Shown: positions 56,361-64,000 of the stretch, piece by piece
Layout: the number at the start of each line of letters is the position of its first letter
Numbering within the stretch: the first letter of the stretch is position 1
Assembly (NCBI GenBank): GCA_964569955.1
Contig: CAZMWB010000002.1
Location: forward strand, 39,753 to 103,752
DNA length: 64,000 nucleotides
From: an uncultured Klebsiella sp.
Lineage (GTDB): Bacteria > Chloroflexota > Chloroflexia > Chloroflexales > Roseiflexaceae
Reading direction: 5' to 3'
Made by a program: the position numbers and the translations under genes
The notes under the pieces: generated by a model
The model's database searches: none
The model's input: the letters and a program-made list of their open reading frames with translations, nothing else
What the model was told of the DNA's origin: nothing

Positions 56361-57113
56361 TTATGTCAATTCCCACGTCAAGTGTTGCACGTCTGCAAAC
56401 TTCTGCACCCAGTGTTGCAATTGGGGCACCCAGTACGGATGTTGACGTTGATCCGTACACTGCATAAATTGGCGCACACGGTCACGAGACCAACGCACAT
56501 CGAGCGCAAAATCTGCTACACCAGGCAGGGGTGCATAGGTCACCCCCATCGTTGCTTGTGGCATTGGCTGGCGCTGCCAGAGTGACTCATCACACACCAG
56601 CGTTGCGGCAACGTGTGCGTGCGCACGAATAAACGAAGACTCACTGTAACATCCGGTCACATCAACGGGCATTTGCATGAGTATAGCACCCGTATCAAAA
56701 GTTGCGTCCATGCGATGCACCGTGACACCTGCTGGTGCATCACCGCGTGCGCTATAAAACAAGGGGTCTGGACCACGCAATGCAGGCAGCAACGATGGGT
56801 GAATATTGCAATGTGTGTACTGTCGTATCCATGCAGGGATGCGTCTCGGAAAACAGCACACCACGATGCGCGTATCATGCGTCAAAACGGGAGCCACGTC
56901 CTCCCATTTTGTCATATACAGTACAGGAACCGCATGCATGGCAGCAGTTTCTAAGAGAGATGATGGTGTGATTAGATGCCGCAGGACGGGTTGAACCAAC
57001 CGTGCATGTGGCGCACCAAATGCAGGAAGCACACAGAGTTCAACACTCTGATACGGAAGCACTGCCTGTAAAAAGGCACGGGTGAGTAACGATTCCATGC
57101 CAAAAAGTATCAT
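56361..57113 (-). CDS. formyltransferase-domain protein (Fmt/ArnA-N-like)
   Basis: Start ATG 57113 (MILFGMES) follows a GGGGTGG RBS. Catalytic 'CNIHPSLLPALRGPDP' (N/H) and 'FDTGAIL' (D). Confidence 0.7.
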   Translation of the reverse strand: MILFGMESLLTRAFLQAVLPYQSVELCVLPAFGAPHARLVQPVLRHLITPSSLLETAAMHAVPVLYMTKWEDVAPVLTHDTRIVVCCFPRRIPAWIRQYTHCNIHPSLLPALRGPDPLFYSARGDAPAGVTVHRMDATFDTGAILMQMPVDVTGCYSESSFIRAHAHVAATLVCDESLWQRQPMPQATMGVTYAPLPGVADFALDVRWSRDRVRQFMQCTDQRQHPYWVPQLQHWVQKFADVQHLTWELT

Positions 57114-57172
57114 TTCCACCCCTATTGCATGCATGCTATGATACGAAGGAACAAACGACCTTGAGGAATCCC

Positions 57173-57709
57173 ATGACAGAGCCAACCGTTGTCTGTGCCT
57201 ACTACAAACAAGTGCTCCCCGCCTTGACGAGTGCACCCATCCCAGGAGAACTCGGTGAACAAATTCGCATGCAGATATCGCGTGCGGGGTGGGAGGCATG
57301 GCTCCGTGTGGAACGCGCCTATGTCAAGCATTTCGAGCTTGATCCACGGAGCAACGAATACACCAGCCGGCGCACGCGTGTAATCCGCGAGTTCTTCTTT
57401 GGACCACCCAGTAATGAACGCATCATCATTTGTGTCAAATTCGGCATCGAGCTCCCGGGGCTCGTACAGCCACCATTCCCTGGACCGTTGGGCATGCGCA
57501 TCTACCACGAAGTTTCTCAGCGGGCGTGGGCACTATGGCCCGAACAAGAACGCGTCCTCATCAACCATTACGGTCTCAGTCTGGTAGACCCACAGTCGCA
57601 ACAAATCCTCATGCAAGCCATGGAGGAGTTCTTCTTCGGCGAAGGTGCACAGCTCCCTGAGGGCTGGACTCCACCACAAACACCGAGCAAAGGTGGACCA
57701 CGGAAATAG
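57173..57709 (+). CDS. tandem-duplicated YggX (Fe2+-trafficking / oxidative-damage protection) protein
   Basis: Start ATG 57173 follows a TGAGGAA RBS. Unit 1: 'VVCAYYKQ...PGELGEQIRMQISRAGWEAWL...IREFFFG'. Unit 2: 'IICVKFG...PGPLGMRIYHEVSQRAWALWPEQERVLINHYGL...MEEFFFGEG'. Both align to the E. coli YggX pattern (FC..., PGELGKRIY.EISKEAW..W, ...LINE..., ...FLFEG). Confidence 0.7.
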   Translation: MTEPTVVCAYYKQVLPALTSAPIPGELGEQIRMQISRAGWEAWLRVERAYVKHFELDPRSNEYTSRRTRVIREFFFGPPSNERIIICVKFGIELPGLVQPPFPGPLGMRIYHEVSQRAWALWPEQERVLINHYGLSLVDPQSQQILMQAMEEFFFGEGAQLPEGWTPPQTPSKGGPRK

Positions 57710-58948
57710 CTATCCGTGTAAGGGAATGTCCGGAGTAATTTGGATAGCCAGCGCCGCATGTGCTGACCGAAGTGCAGCCTCAACCTCTTCGGGAGTGGTA
57801 CCACGAGCAAAAATGAAGCCGAGATAACTCTCACCTTCGGGCAATGTGCGAATGGCACGGTGCAACGGCGCAGTAATCTCGATGGATTCAATGCCTGGAA
57901 TCGAGCTCGCAGTGGCGATACCATCAACACGTTGCAAAATTCCCGAGTGGGGAATTGGTATCATCATCACACCACCCGCTCCCGTGTTGCGTTGTGGTCG
58001 TCCGATGAGCTGGCCAACCGCTTGGCGTAGAATCAACATTTCAAGTGACTCATCACTGCCGAACTGGAGCGTCTGCGAGCAGAGACCGCCAATGCTCCGT
58101 CCTGCGACTTCAACCACATATACTCCCGTATCATTGATGCGTAATTCGGCGTGCAGTGGTCCCATGTGCAAGCCGATAGCCTGTGCCGCCTGTGTCGTCA
58201 CACGCAGGATTTCTGCCTGTATCTCAGCAGACAATCGTGACGGTGTAACATAAATTGTCTCTTCGAAGAGTGGACCATCGAGCGGATCCGGTTTATCGAA
58301 CAACGCCAATGGAGTAAGTACCCCTCCATCGAGCACTGCTTCGAGCGCCACTTCATCCCCCGAAATGAACGATTCCACCAAAAAATGATGGGCGGACTGA
58401 TCCACGTAGATGGCTGCAAGCAACGCACACACCCGTGCACGCGCCGCCATGAATTCCTGGGGGGTATTGGCACGAATCACACCACGACTGCCGTTGAGTT
58501 CGAGCGGTTTGATGACGCATGGAAATGGAATGTGCGCCAGTATTTCAGCAAGTGGAGTGGTGGCATGATAACAGGCGAACCATGGTAGTGGAATGTGCGC
58601 ATACTGAAGCGCACAGCGCATGGCATATTTATTTCGTGCGGCATGTGTTGCGGCCAGCGAATTATGCGGTAGCACAAGTGCTTCCGCTATCCGTACCGCC
58701 ACCTGTGCACCACTGTCATCGAGTGCGAGGACCGCAACAAATGGAGCGTTTTGGTGATACGCGCGCACGGTGTCATAGAGTGCGGGATCGGCAAAATCCA
58801 CCACATAACACTGCGATGTAGGCATACCCACAGGCTGGTGATCGCACATCAGCATCCAGTCAATCTGCAACTGGTCAGCTGCACGTATAAACGCATGATT
58901 GCGATACGAAGTCGCACTGCTCACAAATAATACGCGTCTAGTCGTCAT
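57710..58948 (-). CDS. ATP-grasp domain ligase (L-amino-acid-ligase-sized)
   Basis: 'PCVIKPLELNGSRGVIRANT', 'LVESFISGDEVALEAV', 'PLFEETIYVTPSRL' and 'HAELRINDTGVYVVEVAGR' are ATP-grasp core elements. The start overlaps the RCC1 gene stop by 11 nt. Confidence 0.7.
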   Translation of the reverse strand: MTTRRVLFVSSATSYRNHAFIRAADQLQIDWMLMCDHQPVGMPTSQCYVVDFADPALYDTVRAYHQNAPFVAVLALDDSGAQVAVRIAEALVLPHNSLAATHAARNKYAMRCALQYAHIPLPWFACYHATTPLAEILAHIPFPCVIKPLELNGSRGVIRANTPQEFMAARARVCALLAAIYVDQSAHHFLVESFISGDEVALEAVLDGGVLTPLALFDKPDPLDGPLFEETIYVTPSRLSAEIQAEILRVTTQAAQAIGLHMGPLHAELRINDTGVYVVEVAGRSIGGLCSQTLQFGSDESLEMLILRQAVGQLIGRPQRNTGAGGVMMIPIPHSGILQRVDGIATASSIPGIESIEITAPLHRAIRTLPEGESYLGFIFARGTTPEEVEAALRSAHAALAIQITPDIPLHG

Positions 58949-61900
58949 GTGGTGGTACTCTGCGAAACATTGGTGTCGGCAACGTGCGTTTAATTAACGT
59001 GGCTGTTGGCGGAATCGCGCGTGTCGGTCGTGGTGTGGCAGTGACTTGTCGCGGTGCCAGAGTCGGCACCAGTGTCGGCTGAAGCACCGGTTGCATGCGC
59101 ACACGCATTTCCCATAACTGCTGTACCATCACAGGAACGTGTCTGTCTGGATTTGCGGTAACACCGAGGAGGTTGTTCGTATTTTGCCCCCAGCACCACA
59201 ATGCAGTGGAAACAGCAATAACACACGTCCGATTGCCACCCGCAGCAATTTGGCGTGGCGTATCTGTCAACGTGAGGGTCGTCATCGGTGTTGTTTCATT
59301 GGATTGTTGGCCGAGTTGGAAGTGGGTATTATCACCCCAGCATTGCACTGTTTGGCGACGTGTCAAGACACATGTATGGGCACTTCCCGTTGCCACAGCC
59401 ACCGCATCATTGATGTCGGGTACACGTTGCGGCGATGTGATACCCTCACCGACGACACCCAGTTGGCCATACTGATTACTCCCCCAACACCAGACTTGTC
59501 CATCTGTGCGGACAGCACAAGTATGATTGTCACCTGCGGCGAATGCAACCACATTGACTACATCGGGAACTAGTTCCGCGTACAGGCTCATTTCTGGGCC
59601 TGCATACCCGAGCTGGTACTGATTATTCCGTCCCCAACAGGCAATAGTTGCATCATCGCGTAACACACATGCGTGCGTTTCACCTACCACTAAATCACGA
59701 GCCTGCGTAATCCCATCTACAAGGGTGGGTGTGGTACGGAACTCTCCTACACCTGTGGGTTGACTACCAATTTGTCCGTACTGATTATCACCCCAGCAGT
59801 AGACGAGTTGTTCTTTGATGGCACAGCTCTGATTGCCGCCTACCGCAAACGCAGTCACACCAGTAAAGTTTCCTACGAAATACGGTACCGGGCTATCTGC
59901 GAGATCACCACTAAACGAATTCCCAAGTTGACCGATGGTGTTACGTCCCCAGCAATTGAGATCGTTGGTAACAAGCAATGCACATGTGTGATGTGTGCCC
60001 ACGGAAACTGCCACCGTGTTCGCGGCTGCGTCAACTTCGCTGGGGAGTGTGCGGGTCGCAGTCCCTGTTTCACTGCCAATCCCCAACTGGCCAAACGTAT
60101 TATCACCCCAGCACCACACTGTACCATCGCTGTCTGCAATACAGATATGCTGGGCGGAGACGCCCACCGACTCCACACCAAGTCGTCCCACAATGGGGCG
60201 AGGAATCGCGACGTCCTGGTACACTCCGCCACTCCCGTTGCCAACCTGACCCACATTGTTCCAGCCCCAGCACGCCACATCACCACGTTGGAGCAGTGCA
60301 CACGTGTGCGCACCACCAGCAGAAACAGCTACCACATTGGAGAGACCCGAAACTAAGGTAGCCACCGTAGTAAATGCATCGCTGCCCATACTTTCACTAT
60401 TGCCGAGCTGTCCACTAAAGTTATCTCCCCAACAGCGCACCTGACTATTCCGTTGGAGCACACAGGTATGATTCTCACCAGTACTGATTTGTGCCACATC
60501 AATGACGTTCGCAACCTGCTGAGGTCGTGGCACAAACGCGTTCTCGCCGACCACATCCGCACCAACTTGGCCATAACGATTCCACCCCCAACAATAGAGT
60601 GCACCAGCATTTGTAAGAGCACAGGTGTGGTCGAGACCGAGGCTGATATGCGCCACATCACTCATTCCAGGCACAACAACAGGCGTTGACAAGCCAGGTC
60701 CCGTATCACCGATACCCAACTGTCCTTGTTGATTACGCCCCCAACACACCACCGTTGTATCTTGGAGCAAGGCACAGGAATGGTTTCCCCCTGCTTTGAC
60801 TTCAATGGCGGCAGCCAAATCGGCAACTCGCAGGGGCATTCCTGACGATGCCGTATTGCCGCTCCCCAGCTGACCATCATCGTTACGCCCCCAACATGCT
60901 CCGCCACCATCTTGGAGCAAGGCGCAACTATGCGATTGTCCTAATGAAATATCCACGACGGCTTGCACTGCCGCAATCACCGGTGTACTACTATCTTCGC
61001 TCGCTTCATTACCCAACTGTCCGTAATTGTTATGCCCCCAACAGCGCACCGTCCCATCTACGACGATGGCGCAGGCATGAGCTCCACCTGACGCAATGTC
61101 AATGAACTCTTCATTGCTACGTAGTGACTGAGGTAACGATGCACTATTTGTCGTACCGTCACCAAGCTGGCCATATTCGTTGCCACCCCAACAGCGAACA
61201 CTCACGAATTTGAGCAGGGCACAACTAAAATTCCCACCAGCTGCCACAATAAACCCATCATTCAGTCCATCCACAATCCGGTTATCTGCGGAATATTCAT
61301 AGGCACCAGTACCGAGTTGCCCATAGCTGGCATCTCCCCAGCAGGTCGTTTGGCCAATTTGCAAGCGAGCGCAACTCGTAGCAAAGCCCAGTGCCACGTG
61401 TGACACACCCGTGAGAACCATGCGCGGTTCACGCACAAATTCATTGATACTTGTCATGTCAGTTTGCGCGTACCGATTATCGCCAATACACCACAGCTGT
61501 TGCAGTCTATCAATTCCGCACACATGATTACCACCAACTGCCATGGCATAAAGGGGTGGCATGCCAGCCACAGTATGTGGTTGGGTCCGAGATTCATCGG
61601 TACGCGTTGGTGCATTCTCACCCCAACACATCAATTGACCAGCATTTTGCAACGCACAGCCAAAACGCCAGCCGATTTGCACATCAATGACGTTTTGCAG
61701 TGCTGGAATAGGCGCAAACGCTACATGATCACGGCTGAGTGGTTCACCCCAGCAGACGACGGTGCCATCGTATTGAAGCGCACAATTCGAATTACCACCA
61801 GAAGCGATTTTGACGACTGCAGGGAGTGCCTGAACCGGAGTAGGCAACGTCTGTATGGTTGCGTTTCCAGCGATTTGTTGGTAACTGTTGTCTCCCCAGC

Positions 61901-63467
61901 ACCACACCGCACCAGAATCAGCAAGTGCACAGCTATGATGCAACCCAGCAGTCACACTTGTCACAGCCGTCAAGGCCCACAGTTGTTGTGGCTGCGACAT
62001 GCGCTGCACACTGTTCACACCCAATTGGCCATAATCGTTCGCTCCCCAACAATAGACGTGGCGGTCATAGCGCACGATGCAGGTGTGCTGACCACCTGCA
62101 ACAACGCGTGTCACCCCATTGATATCGGGGGTCACCGGCACTGCTGAGTCACGTTGTTCGGGGGCACCGAGTTGTCCTTCCAAATTACGCCCCCAACAGC
62201 GTACCAACCCTTGTTGCCACAGCGCACACATGTGGGTCTGACCACCACTCATTACCCCACCCGTATGCCCCAAATACACAACCGCATAGCTGTCTCGTGC
62301 AGCGATGGTGGCAGCCGTTGCAAGTTGTCCGTACAGATTATCGCCACGGCAAATGATTTTGGCAGCACGTAATGCAACACACGTATGTTGTGCTCCAACG
62401 GCTACATCAACGGCACCATAAATACCTTCATCTATGGGTGATTGTGTGCCACTCCAACACCACACATGGGTCGCAACATCAATGGCACACATGCGCTGAT
62501 CGCCATCGCTGCGAATCAGTGATACACCGGAAATCGCCGGTGCTGTGACGGTTGCACCCACGCGACACCACAGGCGATCTGCGCTAATTCCACACATCTG
62601 TGTTGCAGAGAGGGCCAATAGCGTTGTTCCGGACACATCATCGAGTTGAAGCGGTGTTGTAATGACTTCACCGGCAGCCAAAGACAGCTGCCGTTGGCGA
62701 TTATCACCCCAACACCAGACAGATCCATCCGTAGTAATAGCACACGTACTATCGCCGCCTGCGGTTACTGCGGTGGCAGGAAGCGGCAACGCCACCTCTA
62801 CAGGCCGTGGGAATGCAACGGGCTGCGTTTGCGCAGTCTGACCCACGCGATTATCACCCCAACACCAGACAGATCCATTATCACGACGTGCACAGGTATG
62901 GTTGTTGCCAGCACTGATTTGCACCACATCGCGCAATGTGTTCACCTGTTGTGGCAAAGATTGTTGCGTTTGAGGACCCTGAGCATTATTGCCAATTTGA
63001 CTGTATTGATTGTCACCCCAACACCAGACGGTACCGATACGTTGGCGCACTGCACAGGCATGTGCATCTCCAAGCGCAATACTAGCCACATCAATCAGGC
63101 CACTCACCGCAGTTGGAGTATCAACGATAGTTGCTGGCTGACTATCACTGCCGTTACCGATCTGTCCTACGCGATTATCACCCCAGCAGCGCACAGATGC
63201 AGACTGCACCACCACACACAGGTGAGCCGTACCACTTGCGAGCGTCTGTAGATCACGTGTGACCAGCAGCACGGGTTCATCGTCTACATTTGATGTGACC
63301 GCAATTGTTTCGTCTTGTGGTGATGCAACCAGCTCGGGAATGGGAGCGTTGCGCGATACCACGCGATCAACAACACGCACCACAGCAGTCGTGAGTGGCG
63401 ACACTACCATAATCACGATGACGAATGCGATAATCGTATACCAGAGAAACAAGATGTATCGTTGCAT
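58938..63467 (-). CDS. membrane-anchored giant RCC1-repeat protein (about 28 repeats)
   Basis: N-terminal TM 'ILFLWYTIIAFVIVIMVV'. 28 units at about 50-aa spacing carry C-W-G-x-N-x-x-G-Q-[LI]-G (e.g. VRCWGDNRVGQIGNG, VYCWGANDYGQLGVN, VRCWGHNNYGQLGNE). The C-terminus is a Pro/Thr/Arg-rich tail. Confidence 0.85.
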   Translation of the reverse strand: MQRYILFLWYTIIAFVIVIMVVSPLTTAVVRVVDRVVSRNAPIPELVASPQDETIAVTSNVDDEPVLLVTRDLQTLASGTAHLCVVVQSASVRCWGDNRVGQIGNGSDSQPATIVDTPTAVSGLIDVASIALGDAHACAVRQRIGTVWCWGDNQYSQIGNNAQGPQTQQSLPQQVNTLRDVVQISAGNNHTCARRDNGSVWCWGDNRVGQTAQTQPVAFPRPVEVALPLPATAVTAGGDSTCAITTDGSVWCWGDNRQRQLSLAAGEVITTPLQLDDVSGTTLLALSATQMCGISADRLWCRVGATVTAPAISGVSLIRSDGDQRMCAIDVATHVWCWSGTQSPIDEGIYGAVDVAVGAQHTCVALRAAKIICRGDNLYGQLATAATIAARDSYAVVYLGHTGGVMSGGQTHMCALWQQGLVRCWGRNLEGQLGAPEQRDSAVPVTPDINGVTRVVAGGQHTCIVRYDRHVYCWGANDYGQLGVNSVQRMSQPQQLWALTAVTSVTAGLHHSCALADSGAVWCWGDNSYQQIAGNATIQTLPTPVQALPAVVKIASGGNSNCALQYDGTVVCWGEPLSRDHVAFAPIPALQNVIDVQIGWRFGCALQNAGQLMCWGENAPTRTDESRTQPHTVAGMPPLYAMAVGGNHVCGIDRLQQLWCIGDNRYAQTDMTSINEFVREPRMVLTGVSHVALGFATSCARLQIGQTTCWGDASYGQLGTGAYEYSADNRIVDGLNDGFIVAAGGNFSCALLKFVSVRCWGGNEYGQLGDGTTNSASLPQSLRSNEEFIDIASGGAHACAIVVDGTVRCWGHNNYGQLGNEASEDSSTPVIAAVQAVVDISLGQSHSCALLQDGGGACWGRNDDGQLGSGNTASSGMPLRVADLAAAIEVKAGGNHSCALLQDTTVVCWGRNQQGQLGIGDTGPGLSTPVVVPGMSDVAHISLGLDHTCALTNAGALYCWGWNRYGQVGADVVGENAFVPRPQQVANVIDVAQISTGENHTCVLQRNSQVRCWGDNFSGQLGNSESMGSDAFTTVATLVSGLSNVVAVSAGGAHTCALLQRGDVACWGWNNVGQVGNGSGGVYQDVAIPRPIVGRLGVESVGVSAQHICIADSDGTVWCWGDNTFGQLGIGSETGTATRTLPSEVDAAANTVAVSVGTHHTCALLVTNDLNCWGRNTIGQLGNSFSGDLADSPVPYFVGNFTGVTAFAVGGNQSCAIKEQLVYCWGDNQYGQIGSQPTGVGEFRTTPTLVDGITQARDLVVGETHACVLRDDATIACWGRNNQYQLGYAGPEMSLYAELVPDVVNVVAFAAGDNHTCAVRTDGQVWCWGSNQYGQLGVVGEGITSPQRVPDINDAVAVATGSAHTCVLTRRQTVQCWGDNTHFQLGQQSNETTPMTTLTLTDTPRQIAAGGNRTCVIAVSTALWCWGQNTNNLLGVTANPDRHVPVMVQQLWEMRVRMQPVLQPTLVPTLAPRQVTATPRPTRAIPPTATLIKRTLPTPMFRRVPPHDD
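62697..62878. repeat. exact 32-nt direct repeat, 150 nt apart, inside the RCC1 gene
   Basis: gcgattatcaccccaacaccagacagatccat occurs at 62697-62728 and again at 62847-62878. The 150-nt offset equals one 50-codon RCC1 unit. Confidence 0.9.
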
Positions 63468-63659
63468 GAGCTGTCGTATCTGTTCGAGTGCTGTCCTGCG
63501 GGTATTTTATCGTACATTGACGTATGGCGTGTTGAAATAGGCTGGATATGGAGCCAACGAACTCACCACACTATACCGGAAGATTGGCTCCCTACGAGCG
63601 GTGTTCAGTGCATCTATCAAATTGTTGTGAATACGAAACTTTCAATTTGATTTCTTACG

Positions 63660-63688
63660 TTGACACTGCACAGCATAAATGATATATT
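63660..63688 (+). promoter_or_regulatory. near-consensus sigma70 promoter upstream of the lipoprotein gene
   Basis: TTGACA (63660-63665), a 17-nt spacer, then TATATT (63683-63688). This lies about 180 nt upstream of ATG 63868. Confidence 0.6.
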
Positions 63689-63867
63689 ACTTGGCAACGG
63701 TACACCAATTCTCAACACGCACTCAAATTCATAGTAGTGGTGACCGATTTTCCGGTGAGGTTTTTTCATTTTCGTATCCAATCCAACGCAAGTTGGTTGT
63801 GATAACACAGCATTTGCATGGTGCATTGTTGTGGTTGTATTCAGGTTATTCGTTTAGGAGGTTACAG

Positions 63868-64000
63868 ATGTCCCACAAGCGCTATTCGCGTTGGGCACTA
63901 GCCATCGTCGCTGCAATGTTCATTGCAGCCTGTGGCGGTGGTGCACCAGCAGCTGAACAGCCCGCCGAGGAGCCAACTGCAGTCGTGATCCCGACCGCTG
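63868..64000 (+). CDS. lipoprotein, N-terminal fragment (possibly a solute-binding protein); continues beyond the window
   Basis: TAGGAGG RBS 6 nt upstream of ATG 63868. MSHKRYSRWALAIVAAMFIAAC has a lipobox (IAAC), followed by a Gly/Ala/Pro/Glu linker. Open to the window end. Confidence 0.65.
   Translation, partial: MSHKRYSRWALAIVAAMFIAACGGGAPAAEQPAEEPTAVVIPTA

Noticed and set aside
57122-57508. 128-aa minus-strand ORF overlapping the yggX region
   Set aside because: The plus-strand frame aligns twice to the YggX pattern. The minus-strand ORF has no motif, and it would require the formyltransferase gene to start further upstream than its RBS supports.
59760-63251. Several long plus-strand ORFs (198, 127, 227 and 201 aa) inside the RCC1 gene
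   Set aside because: They are antisense shadows of a repetitive gene with biased codon use. Their products are low-complexity (His/Thr/Pro/Arg-rich) and their frames are not conserved between repeats. The minus-strand frame carries 28 canonical RCC1 signatures.
58990-63300. Regularly spaced short DNA repeats (ATTATCACCCCAgCA every 150 nt or so) that could suggest a CRISPR-like array
   Set aside because: The repeats are only about 15 nt, imperfect, and lie in one continuous 4.5-kb ORF. They encode the C-W-G-D-N core of protein repeats. No cas genes are present.

Overview
This is a gene-dense bacterial chromosomal segment with about 62 supportable CDS, 3 tRNA genes, a few intrinsic terminators and sigma70-like promoters. 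I saw no rRNA, CRISPR array, transposase, integrase, phage gene or recognisable defence gene. The gene content looks like a monoderm, possibly Chloroflexota-like organism, but that is an unverified guess. All family calls rest on motifs read by eye, because no database search was possible.

Layout:
- 1-935: 3' part of a GH78 rhamnosidase.
- 1010-8251 (-): tightly packed ten-gene string of ComM/YifB, a small membrane protein, DUF309, an MBL hydrolase, a 4HBT thioesterase, three tandem alpha/beta-hydrolase paralogs and an M20 peptidase.
- 8353-10185 (-): a hypothetical protein and a GT4.
- 10297-12763 (+): EamA transporter, LarB and LarE.
- 12816-18407 (-): GNAT, GalT, SIMPL, M32 carboxypeptidase, EVE and MFS.
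- 18529-24718 (+): ThuA-like, Gfo/Idh/MocA, GNAT, GH32, DDAH-like and M20.
- 24750-31982 (-): envelope-polymer operon of an M14 peptidase, a CBM-deacetylase, a Wzz-like::ABC-2 permease fusion, a Wzt/TagH ATPase and a clan GH-A lipoprotein.
- 32147-35321 (+): promoter, tRNA-Ile(GAU), tRNA-Ala(UGC), a cupin, a hypothetical protein, a short ComEC and a phosphatidylcholine-synthase-like enzyme.
- 35326-53361 (+): long glycan cluster of an MsbA-like exporter, two paralogous giant polytopic proteins, a methyltransferase, a Wzx-like flippase, four GT4 genes, a second methyltransferase, an 803-aa secreted Ser/Thr-rich protein and an ArnT/PMT-like GT-C.
- 53425-53499: tRNA-Met(CAU).
- 53470-57113 (-): an unknown protein, a D-threonine-aldolase-family PLP enzyme, an SDR and a formyltransferase.
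- 57173-57709 (+): tandem-duplicated YggX.
- 57710-63467 (-): ATP-grasp ligase translationally coupled to a 1509-aa membrane-anchored protein of about 28 RCC1 repeats.
- 63868-64000 (+): start of a lipoprotein gene.

The best candidates for something undescribed are two. One is the RCC1-giant/ATP-grasp/tandem-YggX/formyltransferase neighbourhood (53.5-63.5 kb). The other is the two-part envelope glycan locus with its unusual fusion and paralogous giant membrane proteins (24.7-53.4 kb).
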